A stretch of 27,136 nucleotides of DNA from a virus (Duplodnaviria > Caudoviricetes): positions 1 to 27,136 of IMG/VR virus record IMGVR_UViG_3300042325_000422. One strand, 5' to 3'. A program made the translations under genes and the position numbers. A model generated the notes under the pieces. It ran no database searches. It had not been told where the DNA came from and saw nothing but the letters and a program-made list of their open reading frames with translations. This document shows positions 14,835 to 22,182 of this stretch, in pieces (within the stretch, counting starts at the first letter, position 1; the number at the start of each line of letters is the position of its first letter).

Positions 14835-14987
14835 TTACAGTCCGCGGAGCTTTTTGCTGAGTTCGTCACGCTTGGCTTGAAGTTCGATCACTGCTTGGTG
14901 CTCTGGCTTGAATCCTGCATCATAGAGATCCATGATTTCGTTGCTGATTTTTGCGATTTGGCTGAGGAGTTGGTTGGTGTTGGACAT
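14835..14987 (-). CDS. Hypothetical 50 aa helical protein (MSNTNQLLSQIAKISNEIMDLYDAGFKPEHQAVIELQAKRDELSKKLRGL), leaderless
   Basis: Not in the ORF track; shares the 14 bp start context GCATGTCCAACACC with the 13903 gene. Confidence 0.7.
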   Translation of the reverse strand: MSNTNQLLSQIAKISNEIMDLYDAGFKPEHQAVIELQAKRDELSKKLRGL

Positions 14988-14993
14988 GCACGA

Positions 14994-15034
14994 CAACTAC
15001 CGCCCGGAACCCCACTCGTCAACAATTAAATAAG
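14994..15034 (-). promoter_or_regulatory. Leaderless sigma70-type promoter (TTGACG-17-TAGTTG) with upstream CTTATTTAATTGT box
   Basis: Same geometry as 13910-13950; ATG 6 nt after the -10. Confidence 0.7.
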
Positions 15035-15126
15035 GGGAAATGAAAATAATTTCGCATGGTCATTTCGTCGGGGTCTGAAATCCTCCCAGCGCGGGCGGAA
15101 AGCCAGCGTTTGCAAGCGGGAAATTC

Positions 15127-15343
15127 AAGCGGTCAACTCGTGGTCAACTCCGAAGAATCTCTTTGATTTTCAACGACTTAAGGGCGGAGGGGGTGGGATT
15201 CGAACCTACGATTTGGATAAATTTCCGGATTCACCGTGATTCACCGTGAATCCATGACGCTGATTCACAGTGCTTTACGGTGATTCACTGTTTCATGGCG
15301 GGATCGTGCGAATCCAAAAAAGCGGTCAACTCCCGCTCAACTT
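15127..15343. mobile_element. attP: tRNA-Ser-like 3'-end core (15183-15210) flanked by arm-type repeats
   Basis: Reverse complement of the core is CGTAGGTTCGAATCCCACCCCCTCCGCC (T-arm plus acceptor 3' strand). GGTCAACTC at 15131, 15142 and 15324, GCTCAACTT at 15335. GATTCAC repeats at 15228, 15238, 15262 and 15282. Confidence 0.8.
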
Positions 15344-15350
15344 TTCCTCT

Positions 15351-15517
15351 TGGTGGTTTCGGAAAATCGGGTAGCGGTGGCGGCGTCAGGAGCAACCGAT
15401 TGGAAACCGGCCTGGCATTTCATCGAAATGCAAAACCACCAAATATCCTCCTATTCTCTCCATCCGCCCGTTGTCATTTCCGGGGTTTCCACGGGTGGGG
15501 AGAGTCGGGGGATTTTT
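15351..15517 (+). ncRNA. Structured 5' leader; candidate antisense-type regulatory RNA upstream of the replication operon
   Basis: Stem 15441-15466/15492-15517 pairs at 24 of 26 positions, including 4 G-U. Loop GGTTTCCA is complementary to TGGAAACC at 15401 and 15726. Confidence 0.5.
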
Positions 15518-15523
15518 GATTCT

Positions 15524-17716
15524 ATGAACTACGATAAATTCATCCTCGCAAAAAACCGATCACACGTTGCCGCCGGATTCGACCCCCGCCCCATAACCGC
15601 CCCGCTTTTCGACTGGCAAGCTCACGTTGTCCAGTGGGCATGCCGCACGGGGAAAGCAGCTCTATTTGAGGACTGCGGACTAGGCAAGACTCTCCAGCAG
15701 CTTGAATGGGCGCACCAGGTCGTGATGGAAACCGGAGAATCGGTTATTATCCTGACCCCGCTAGCCGTTGCCCATCAAACCGAAAATGAGGCGCGGAAAT
15801 TCGGCATTGCGGCAAAAGTGGTTGCATCGCAAGCCGAATGCCAAGAAACGGGAATCTACATCACAAACTACGAAAAAATTGACCATTTCGATTGCTCGCA
15901 ATTCGTCGGGGTAGTTCTCGACGAATCTTCCATTTTGAAAAATTTCACCGGAAAGCTTCGCCGGAAACTCACTGATTCATTCGCGCAGACTCCCTATCGG
16001 CTTTGCTGCACTGCCACCCCATCACCCAACGACTACACGGAGTTCGGGCAGCATGCTGATTTTCTCGGGGTATGCACTCCCGCGCAGATGCTCGCCACGT
16101 TCTTTATTAACGACACTTTCAACACTGGCGACTGGCGTTTGAAAAAACACGCTGAATCGCATTTCTGGGCATGGGTCGCATCATGGGCGGCATGCGTTTC
16201 TAAGCCTTCTGACATCGGCTATGATGATGCGGGATACATACTGCCGGAACTATCGCTCCACAGCATCACAGTTGATGTGGACGAGGTGACAGGCGCGGGC
16301 GACGAAGAGCTTTTCCGCCATGCCACGATGAGCGCAACCACGATGCATAAGGAAATGCGGATGACCTCGCCAGCACGGGTAGCTAAGGTCGCGGAACTGG
16401 TTAACGGATCGGACGAGCAGTGGATTGTATGGTGCAATACTAACGATGAATCTAGCCAGCTCAAGGCGGCGATTCCCGACGCTGTGGAGGTTCGTGGTAG
16501 TGACACGGGCAAGAAAAAGGAGGATTCCGCGGATGGTTTCGTTGACGGCTCGATTCGCGTTCTTATCAGTAAGGCCGGGATTTTTGGCTACGGCTTGAAT
16601 TTTCAGAACTGCCGAAACGTCGCTTTCGTCGGTCTGTCTTATTCTTTCGAGGACTTTTACCAGTCGCTCCGCAGGTCATACCGATTCGGCCAAACCCGCG
16701 AGGTCAACGCCTACATCGTCCAGGCGTCCACCGAGGGCGCAATCGTCCGATCCATCAACCGCAAGATTGCTCAGCATAAAGAGATGCAAGATCGCATGAA
16801 ACTGGCAGCAGCCGCATTTGTCGAAAACGAAAACAAACAACACCGCATGAAAACAGATATCAACACAGCCACCGGCGACGGATGGGAAATCCACCACGGA
16901 GATTGCGTCAGGGTCGCAAAACAGATCGAGGACGAATCAATTGACTTCTCGATTTTCTCCCCGCCATTTGCGGACTTATTCACTTATTCCGACGACTTAC
17001 AGGACATGGGCAACTGCTCGGACATGGAAGAGTTCAAAGCGCATTTTGAAATCCTCATTGAAGAAATGGCGCGTATTATGAAACCTGGTCGAGAGGTTGC
17101 CGTGCATTGCGTGGATTTGCTAAGCACAAAGTGGAAGCACGGGAAAATCGAGTTCCAAGATTTCAGCGGGGAGATAATCCGTATGTTTTGGAAGCACGGA
17201 TTCCTGTTTCATTCGCGGATTTGTATCTGGAAATCACCAGTGACGGAAATGCAGCGGACGAAGGCGCACGGGTTGCTCTACAAGACGCTCAAGGCTGACT
17301 CATGCGACTCCCGCGTCGGTTGCGCGGATTACCTGATCGTTTTCCGTAAACCCGGCGAGAATCCAAACCCGGTTACTAAAGACCCTGACAAATACCCGGT
17401 GGACTGGTGGCAAGAGGTCGCATCCCCTGTATGGATGACGGTGGACCAGGGTAACGTCCTGAATAAAAATGGAGCGCGTGACCATGCCGACGAGCGCCAC
17501 ATTTGCCCTCTCCAGTTGGACGTGATCGAGCGGGCGGTTGAATTGTGGACGAACGAAGGGGAGTTGGTTTACTCGCCGTTCACGGGCATTGGCAGCGAAG
17601 GAGTGACTGCGCTGGAACTGAACCGGCGATTTGTCGGGAGCGAGTTGAAAGAGTCGTATTTCAACCAGTCCGTGCAGAATCTCAAAAACGCGAAAAGTCA
17701 GCTCTGCCTGTTTTGA
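15524..17716 (+). CDS. SNF2-like SF2 helicase fused to an N4/N6 DNA methyltransferase
   Basis: DCGLGKT, LDESS, TATP, GLNFQ, QSLRRSYRFGQ; then HGDC, FSPPF (motif IV) and SPFTGIGS (motif I); likely start MNYDKF at 15524. Confidence 0.9.
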   Translation: MNYDKFILAKNRSHVAAGFDPRPITAPLFDWQAHVVQWACRTGKAALFEDCGLGKTLQQLEWAHQVVMETGESVIILTPLAVAHQTENEARKFGIAAKVVASQAECQETGIYITNYEKIDHFDCSQFVGVVLDESSILKNFTGKLRRKLTDSFAQTPYRLCCTATPSPNDYTEFGQHADFLGVCTPAQMLATFFINDTFNTGDWRLKKHAESHFWAWVASWAACVSKPSDIGYDDAGYILPELSLHSITVDVDEVTGAGDEELFRHATMSATTMHKEMRMTSPARVAKVAELVNGSDEQWIVWCNTNDESSQLKAAIPDAVEVRGSDTGKKKEDSADGFVDGSIRVLISKAGIFGYGLNFQNCRNVAFVGLSYSFEDFYQSLRRSYRFGQTREVNAYIVQASTEGAIVRSINRKIAQHKEMQDRMKLAAAAFVENENKQHRMKTDINTATGDGWEIHHGDCVRVAKQIEDESIDFSIFSPPFADLFTYSDDLQDMGNCSDMEEFKAHFEILIEEMARIMKPGREVAVHCVDLLSTKWKHGKIEFQDFSGEIIRMFWKHGFLFHSRICIWKSPVTEMQRTKAHGLLYKTLKADSCDSRVGCADYLIVFRKPGENPNPVTKDPDKYPVDWWQEVASPVWMTVDQGNVLNKNGARDHADERHICPLQLDVIERAVELWTNEGELVYSPFTGIGSEGVTALELNRRFVGSELKESYFNQSVQNLKNAKSQLCLF

Positions 17717-17718
17717 CC

Positions 17719-18438
17719 ATGAAGCTCCCCGCCTTCCAATTCTACCCCGGCGACTGGCGCAAAGATCCAGGCGTTCAAGCTCTCGATTTCCACGACCGGG
17801 GAGTCTGGTTTGAAGTCCTATGCCTGATGCATGAGTCGGAAGAGCGGGGAAAACTCACCCTCAACGGAGCACCGATGCCGGAAGACGCGCTCGCCCGGTT
17901 GCTCGGTTTGGATAAGCAAATCCTAACCACCACGTTAACCACCCTCTTAACCTACGGGGTGGCGTCAAGGTGCGATGAGTCAGGCGCGATTATCTGCCGC
18001 AGGATGATTCGGGACGAAAATCTCCGAAAAATCCGTGCAAATGCCGGAAAAATGGGCGGAAACCCTGTTTTGCTTAAGCAAAATCCAACCACCCACCTTA
18101 AGCAAATTCCAACCCCTTCATCTTCATCTTCATCTTCAGCTTCGACTGCTATTTCTACTATCGTAGAAATAGAAGACACCCCCTCTGTGAAAATCAACAA
18201 AGCGAGGGGGACCATCGAAGATCTGAAATCCTTTGCGCTCGAAATCGGACTGGCTGAATCCGACGGCGAGAACTGCTTCTGCAAATGGGAGTCCACCGGA
18301 TGGAAGGGTATCAAGGATTGGCGGATGAAGATCAGGACATGGAAGCACGAGGGGTTTCATGCCAGCCAGAAGAACGGATCCAACAAAACCCACCGCAAAA
18401 ACGAATATCCGCAAGAAACCCTCGAACTCCCAGATTGA
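17719..18438 (+). CDS. Phage replication initiator (YdaU/DUF1376-like N-terminus)
   Basis: PAFQFYPGDW..D, RGVWFE.LC.M, RRMIRD, AGKMGG, Ser-rich linker, C-terminal W...GW...KDW...RTW; upstream of the DnaC-like gene. Confidence 0.8.
   Translation: MKLPAFQFYPGDWRKDPGVQALDFHDRGVWFEVLCLMHESEERGKLTLNGAPMPEDALARLLGLDKQILTTTLTTLLTYGVASRCDESGAIICRRMIRDENLRKIRANAGKMGGNPVLLKQNPTTHLKQIPTPSSSSSSSASTAISTIVEIEDTPSVKINKARGTIEDLKSFALEIGLAESDGENCFCKWESTGWKGIKDWRMKIRTWKHEGFHASQKNGSNKTHRKNEYPQETLELPD
17913..18138 (+). repeat. Putative replication-origin iterons inside the initiator gene
   Basis: CTTAAGCAAA(A/T)TCCAACC at 18073 and 18097; TAAGCAAATCCTAACCAC at 17913; TAACC at 12 bp spacing (17924, 17936, 17948); TCTTCA run. 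Confidence 0.6.
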
Positions 18439-18442
18439 AACC

Positions 18443-19111
18443 ATGAACCTAGAAACATTTTTTTCTGATATCGACGCACTCATCGACGCTGCGCCTGACG
18501 ACGTGGAGGCCACACAAGAGCAAATTGACGCCATCCGACTGGAACAGGACCAGAAACGGCTTCGGATTGCTCACAGACGCGCCCTAGGCCCAAGGACGGG
18601 CTGGCCCGAGAAATACCTTGATGCCGTTCGGGTCAACCCAACCGGCGATGAATGGATCAATGCTTTTGGGCTAGCCATGGACCGAATCAGGAAAAAGGGG
18701 ATCGTGGTGCTCTACGGCAAACGAGGATCGGGCAAGACCCGGATGGCGGCGGAAATCGCGGTCGCCGTTGGGGATTCCCGCTACCGAACCGCGATGAGGT
18801 TTTTCCTGGAGGTTCGAGCGACATTCCGAAAAGGGTCTGAGCGGTCGGAAATGGAGGTTATCGACGAATTGTCACACGCCCCGGTGCTGATCCTTGACGA
18901 GATCCAGGAGCGCGGAGAAACGGCTTTTGAGGATCGGCTGCTGACTCATGTGATCGACGCCCGATACGCCGCGATGCGACCAACGATCCTGATTGCCAAT
19001 CTCGACAAATCCCAACTGGCTGAGTCCCTCGGGAAATCCATCGTGGATCGCGCCCGCGAAAACGGGAAATCCATTGAGTTTAACTGGCCATCCTACCGCG
19101 TCCAGCCATGA
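18443..19111 (+). CDS. DnaC/IstB-like AAA+ helicase loader
   Basis: Walker A GKRGSGKT, Walker B LILDE, D.RY...PTILI.N, DR, F.W.SYR. Confidence 0.9.
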   Translation: MNLETFFSDIDALIDAAPDDVEATQEQIDAIRLEQDQKRLRIAHRRALGPRTGWPEKYLDAVRVNPTGDEWINAFGLAMDRIRKKGIVVLYGKRGSGKTRMAAEIAVAVGDSRYRTAMRFFLEVRATFRKGSERSEMEVIDELSHAPVLILDEIQERGETAFEDRLLTHVIDARYAAMRPTILIANLDKSQLAESLGKSIVDRARENGKSIEFNWPSYRVQP

Positions 19112-19341
19112 GCCGCCGAATCAACCGCCCGCCAATCCGCGACACGAAGCCCAAAGGTCGGCAAATCGACATCGGCCTTGCTGTGGCCGGCGCGACTCTT
19201 CCGCCGGGTCAATGCCGGGACCTGTCGGAGATCGCGGCTTATTGCGGATGCTCGCGGCAACTCATCCACACGATACAAAATCGAGCGGTTGCGAAAATCC
19301 GCGATGCACTAACACCAATTTCCAACCAAAAAACAAAATGA
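19108..19341 (+). CDS. Stand-alone sigma70 region-4-like HTH protein
   Basis: LSEIAAYCGCSRQLIHTIQNRAVAKIR matches the TL.EIA...G.SRERIRQIE..AL.KLR pattern. Confidence 0.75.
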   Translation: MSRRINRPPIRDTKPKGRQIDIGLAVAGATLPPGQCRDLSEIAAYCGCSRQLIHTIQNRAVAKIRDALTPISNQKTK

Positions 19342-19700
19342 ACGAACTGATCGAAAAAGTGAAAATGTGGGGGATCTCCAAGGGGATCACCGGGCCGAAC
19401 GGCAAGGGGACGCTGCTGGCGCAGTTGAGCAAAACGCAGGAGGAGCTAACTGAGACGCGGGATGCTGCGGTCGTCATATCGTCATTTGGTGAATATGCCG
19501 ACGATGACAATTTCTCCCTCTTGGTGGACTCAGCGAGGCTCGATCTGATCGACGGCTTGGGCGACACTTGCGTCACCTTGATCCTCGCTGCCGAAATGGC
19601 CGGGCTTGATTTCCAAGACTGCCTCCAAGCGGCTTACGATGAGATTTCCGGCAGGACCGGGAAAATGATCGGTGGACAATTTATTAAGGACAAACCATGA
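19338..19700 (+). CDS. MazG-like nucleotide pyrophosphohydrolase
   Basis: W...KGI, Q..K..EE..E, DGLGD..VTLI, CL..AY.EI..R.GKM..G.FIK. Confidence 0.85.
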   Translation: MNELIEKVKMWGISKGITGPNGKGTLLAQLSKTQEELTETRDAAVVISSFGEYADDDNFSLLVDSARLDLIDGLGDTCVTLILAAEMAGLDFQDCLQAAYDEISGRTGKMIGGQFIKDKP

Positions 19701-19996
19701 AAACACCACTACAAGCAATCGCCGCAACCTCGCGGATATTGGATTATCTGCGCGAATTCGGGCTACCAGACAACCAGCGGGCAGACATCGCCGAAATCAT
19801 CGCCCGCGAGATGGGCGGATGGATGCCGATTAAGGAGGCCCCGAAGGATCGGGATATTATCGTCTATTGCCCGCCCGCTCACGGACTCGACCACATGGCC
19901 AGCGTCTGCGCATGGCACGAGGACGCGGGCTTTTCCGTCTGCGAACTACGCCACCCAACCCACTTTCATGAACTCCCATCACCACCAACCAAATAA
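19697..19996 (+). CDS. DUF551-like protein
   Basis: WMPIKEAPKD...PTHFHELPSPP. Confidence 0.7.
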   Translation: MKTPLQAIAATSRILDYLREFGLPDNQRADIAEIIAREMGGWMPIKEAPKDRDIIVYCPPAHGLDHMASVCAWHEDAGFSVCELRHPTHFHELPSPPTK

Positions 19997-19997
19997 C

Positions 19998-20207
19998 ATG
20001 AAACCTTACCACTACGTTTTCCGCGTCGGGGGCAGTAATCCCTGGATTAAGCACGAGACACTCCAAGCGGCCACCGCCGAATCAGAGCGACTAGCCGCGC
20101 AACATCCCGGCGATTCGTTTGAAATCCTCCTGTGCATGGGCGTAACACGCACCACCACACCGCAGACATTCTGGATGGACGGCGTGACGTTTGAAGAAAT
20201 AATCTAA
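19998..20207 (+). CDS. Conserved hypothetical phage protein
   Basis: P..KH.T...A.AE.ERLA.QHPG..F.IL motif. Confidence 0.75.
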   Translation: MKPYHYVFRVGGSNPWIKHETLQAATAESERLAAQHPGDSFEILLCMGVTRTTTPQTFWMDGVTFEEII

Positions 20208-20220
20208 CCAAATAAACCAA

Positions 20221-20574
20221 ATGCAACGACTCAAAATTGACTTCTTGAAATTCACAGGCGCAAAACGATTCATGGCCAAGGACGGCACGGAGTTTGTCGC
20301 GATCCCTCTCGCGGCGAACAACATCTTCATCGGCACGAAGACGCTATCGGGGGATGTAACGCTGATGGACAACAGGGACGGGCCAGATCAGTATGACAAT
20401 GACGGCTTCGCATCTGTCGATGTCGGAAAGGCACGGCGCGAGGCTGGCGAGCGCGGGCCGATCATCGGGAATTGGAAGCACATTGGGGAGCGACGGTCAC
20501 CGAACCAAAATACCGCGCCACCACCGACGACTGATCATGTGGGGAATGACGATGTGGATGATATCCCGTTTTGA
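20221..20574 (+). CDS. Putative single-stranded DNA-binding protein
   Basis: Beta-rich body, DQY.NDG, PIIGNWK, acidic tail DDVDDIPF. Confidence 0.7.
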   Translation: MQRLKIDFLKFTGAKRFMAKDGTEFVAIPLAANNIFIGTKTLSGDVTLMDNRDGPDQYDNDGFASVDVGKARREAGERGPIIGNWKHIGERRSPNQNTAPPPTTDHVGNDDVDDIPF

Positions 20575-20652
20575 GGTATGGACGAGGCGATGAGTTGACG
20601 TTTCACAATTTACAACTTGCCATTTATCAGTGATTTCCCCTCTTTTAGTGTT

Positions 20653-20838
20653 ATGGCAAAAAAGAGGGGGAGTTACTCACGAAGGGCAACGGAACCGCAT
20701 GCAAGGCTTGATGAAGAGCGTTCATGCTTTTGGGAGATGCATGAGAAATCAACTGCGAGAAAAGTTAAAATCGCATGCGATGAGTTTTTGAGGGATCGAG
20801 AAAACAAGGAACCAGAAAACACCGAAAATGACAAATGA
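20653..20838 (+). CDS. Hypothetical protein
   Basis: 61 aa from ATG 20653; overlaps the next gene. Confidence 0.5.
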   Translation: MAKKRGSYSRRATEPHARLDEERSCFWEMHEKSTARKVKIACDEFLRDRENKEPENTENDK

Positions 20839-21496
20839 CCTAGACACCAGCATCAGGCCGGGGAAATGGATAAAGCGCGGACCTCAGCCAGAGGTTCCAG
20901 CCACTCCACCACTCCCAAGCATCGCCATTGCGAAACTCCTGGCTGAGATCAGGGAATGCACAAACCCAAAAGAGAGGGAGATTCTGGAGGCGAAATTCAA
21001 CACTGAGTGTGCGACCTATGACGCATTACACCCAGACTCCTTGCCGATTGATGCGAAGAAACTTTGTGAGGACTTCACGGCATCTCTGAGGCCGATCATC
21101 GGCGCAGACTTCGGGTTATCCATTTCAGAGAACGCAACCCAGCATGAATGGGTGGCGATGCATCACCAGCTTTTGCAATGCAAGCGGCATGCTGCTCAAT
21201 GGTTGAGTAAGTCCCGCAAATTTGCATCTGACAAATGGGGGGTTGATTTCGTCGCTGAGTCCGAGGCGCAGCTTGAGCTTGAGCTTGGCATTGAGCGCAA
21301 GCCAACGGTGATCGAGGATGATGTTGGGGTCATGGTGCTGGCTAAGGCGCATCGAATCGCCTCGATGGTCGCTGGCATCTCCAAAGGACTAGGAGGTAGC
21401 GCGGTCACCATACCATCTAGGGTCATGGGCGATATCAGGGTGGCAATGCGCCCAGTGGGGGAGTTTCTCGCGATGTTGGAAGAGGTGAGTGAGTGA
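20828..21496 (+). CDS. Hypothetical protein
   Basis: 222 aa ORF upstream of the packaging module. Confidence 0.7.
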   Translation: MTNDLDTSIRPGKWIKRGPQPEVPATPPLPSIAIAKLLAEIRECTNPKEREILEAKFNTECATYDALHPDSLPIDAKKLCEDFTASLRPIIGADFGLSISENATQHEWVAMHHQLLQCKRHAAQWLSKSRKFASDKWGVDFVAESEAQLELELGIERKPTVIEDDVGVMVLAKAHRIASMVAGISKGLGGSAVTIPSRVMGDIRVAMRPVGEFLAMLEEVSE

Positions 21497-21642
21497 GAAA
21501 GCCTAACAGTCTCACAAACGCCTCAAAATCAACCCCCTAGTGGGAACCCTACGGATCAGGCGTGAAAAGGGCGCGGACGCGTCGCGCGGGATAGATCTAC
21601 CATTCCCAGCCCGTAACACCGTAACGATCAACAACTTAAAAA

Positions 21643-22182
21643 ATGGCAGCGAAAAAACAGAAAACCGTCCGGGTCATCGCGGCTGAATTAGGCATGTCGC
21701 TGGGGCAAATCAACGAGGCGAAAAAGGCAGGAATCGACGCCCACGACGTTAAGGCGCTCCGCAAATTCAAGGCCGGCATTCCACCCCGCGTCGATTCCCG
21801 GTCGGAGTATTCCTCGCCATCGAAACCGGGGCCATCCTCCGAGATGACGCTGGATGAAATCGAGCGGGCGCTGATGGCAAAGGGAATCTCGGTCGCGGAA
21901 GCCACCACGCTCAAGCGACAGCTAGAAGGTCTGAAACTTGCCGCCGCCGTGCGCAAGGAAATGAATCAATTACTATCCCGCGATGAGGTTGGGCAACGAG
22001 ACATCCGAATCGGTGCCGCCGTCTCCGCAGCCCTCCGCGTGATGGAGTCCGAAATTCCCCAGCTTTGCCTTGGTCTGCCGCTTGAGCGAAGCCGGCCACT
22101 CGTCAAAGAGCGGATCCGTGCAATTCAGGGACAACTAGCAGACGGCCTTTCTCAATTCTGGGCAGAGCATCCCGAGCAATGA
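21643..22182 (+). CDS. Terminase small subunit
   Basis: N-terminal HTH (IAAELGMSLGQINEAKKAG), coiled coil, LLSRDEV; ATGA-coupled to TerL. Confidence 0.75.
   Translation: MAAKKQKTVRVIAAELGMSLGQINEAKKAGIDAHDVKALRKFKAGIPPRVDSRSEYSSPSKPGPSSEMTLDEIERALMAKGISVAEATTLKRQLEGLKLAAAVRKEMNQLLSRDEVGQRDIRIGAAVSAALRVMESEIPQLCLGLPLERSRPLVKERIRAIQGQLADGLSQFWAEHPEQ

Noticed and set aside
15183-15210. Possible tRNA gene
   Set aside because: Only the T-arm and acceptor 3' strand are present, with no D or anticodon arm, so it is called an att core.
15228-15288. GATTCAC repeats as a CRISPR array
   Set aside because: Repeats are only 7-10 bp with no spacer-length intervals, and there are no cas genes.
15350-15523. 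N-terminal extensions given in the ORF track (15350, and likewise 17545, 18359, 18993, 25817, 7389, 3925, 4094, 9582)
   Set aside because: They overlap neighbouring genes or structured leaders; downstream ATGs with overlaps or A/C-rich leaders fit the protein families better.
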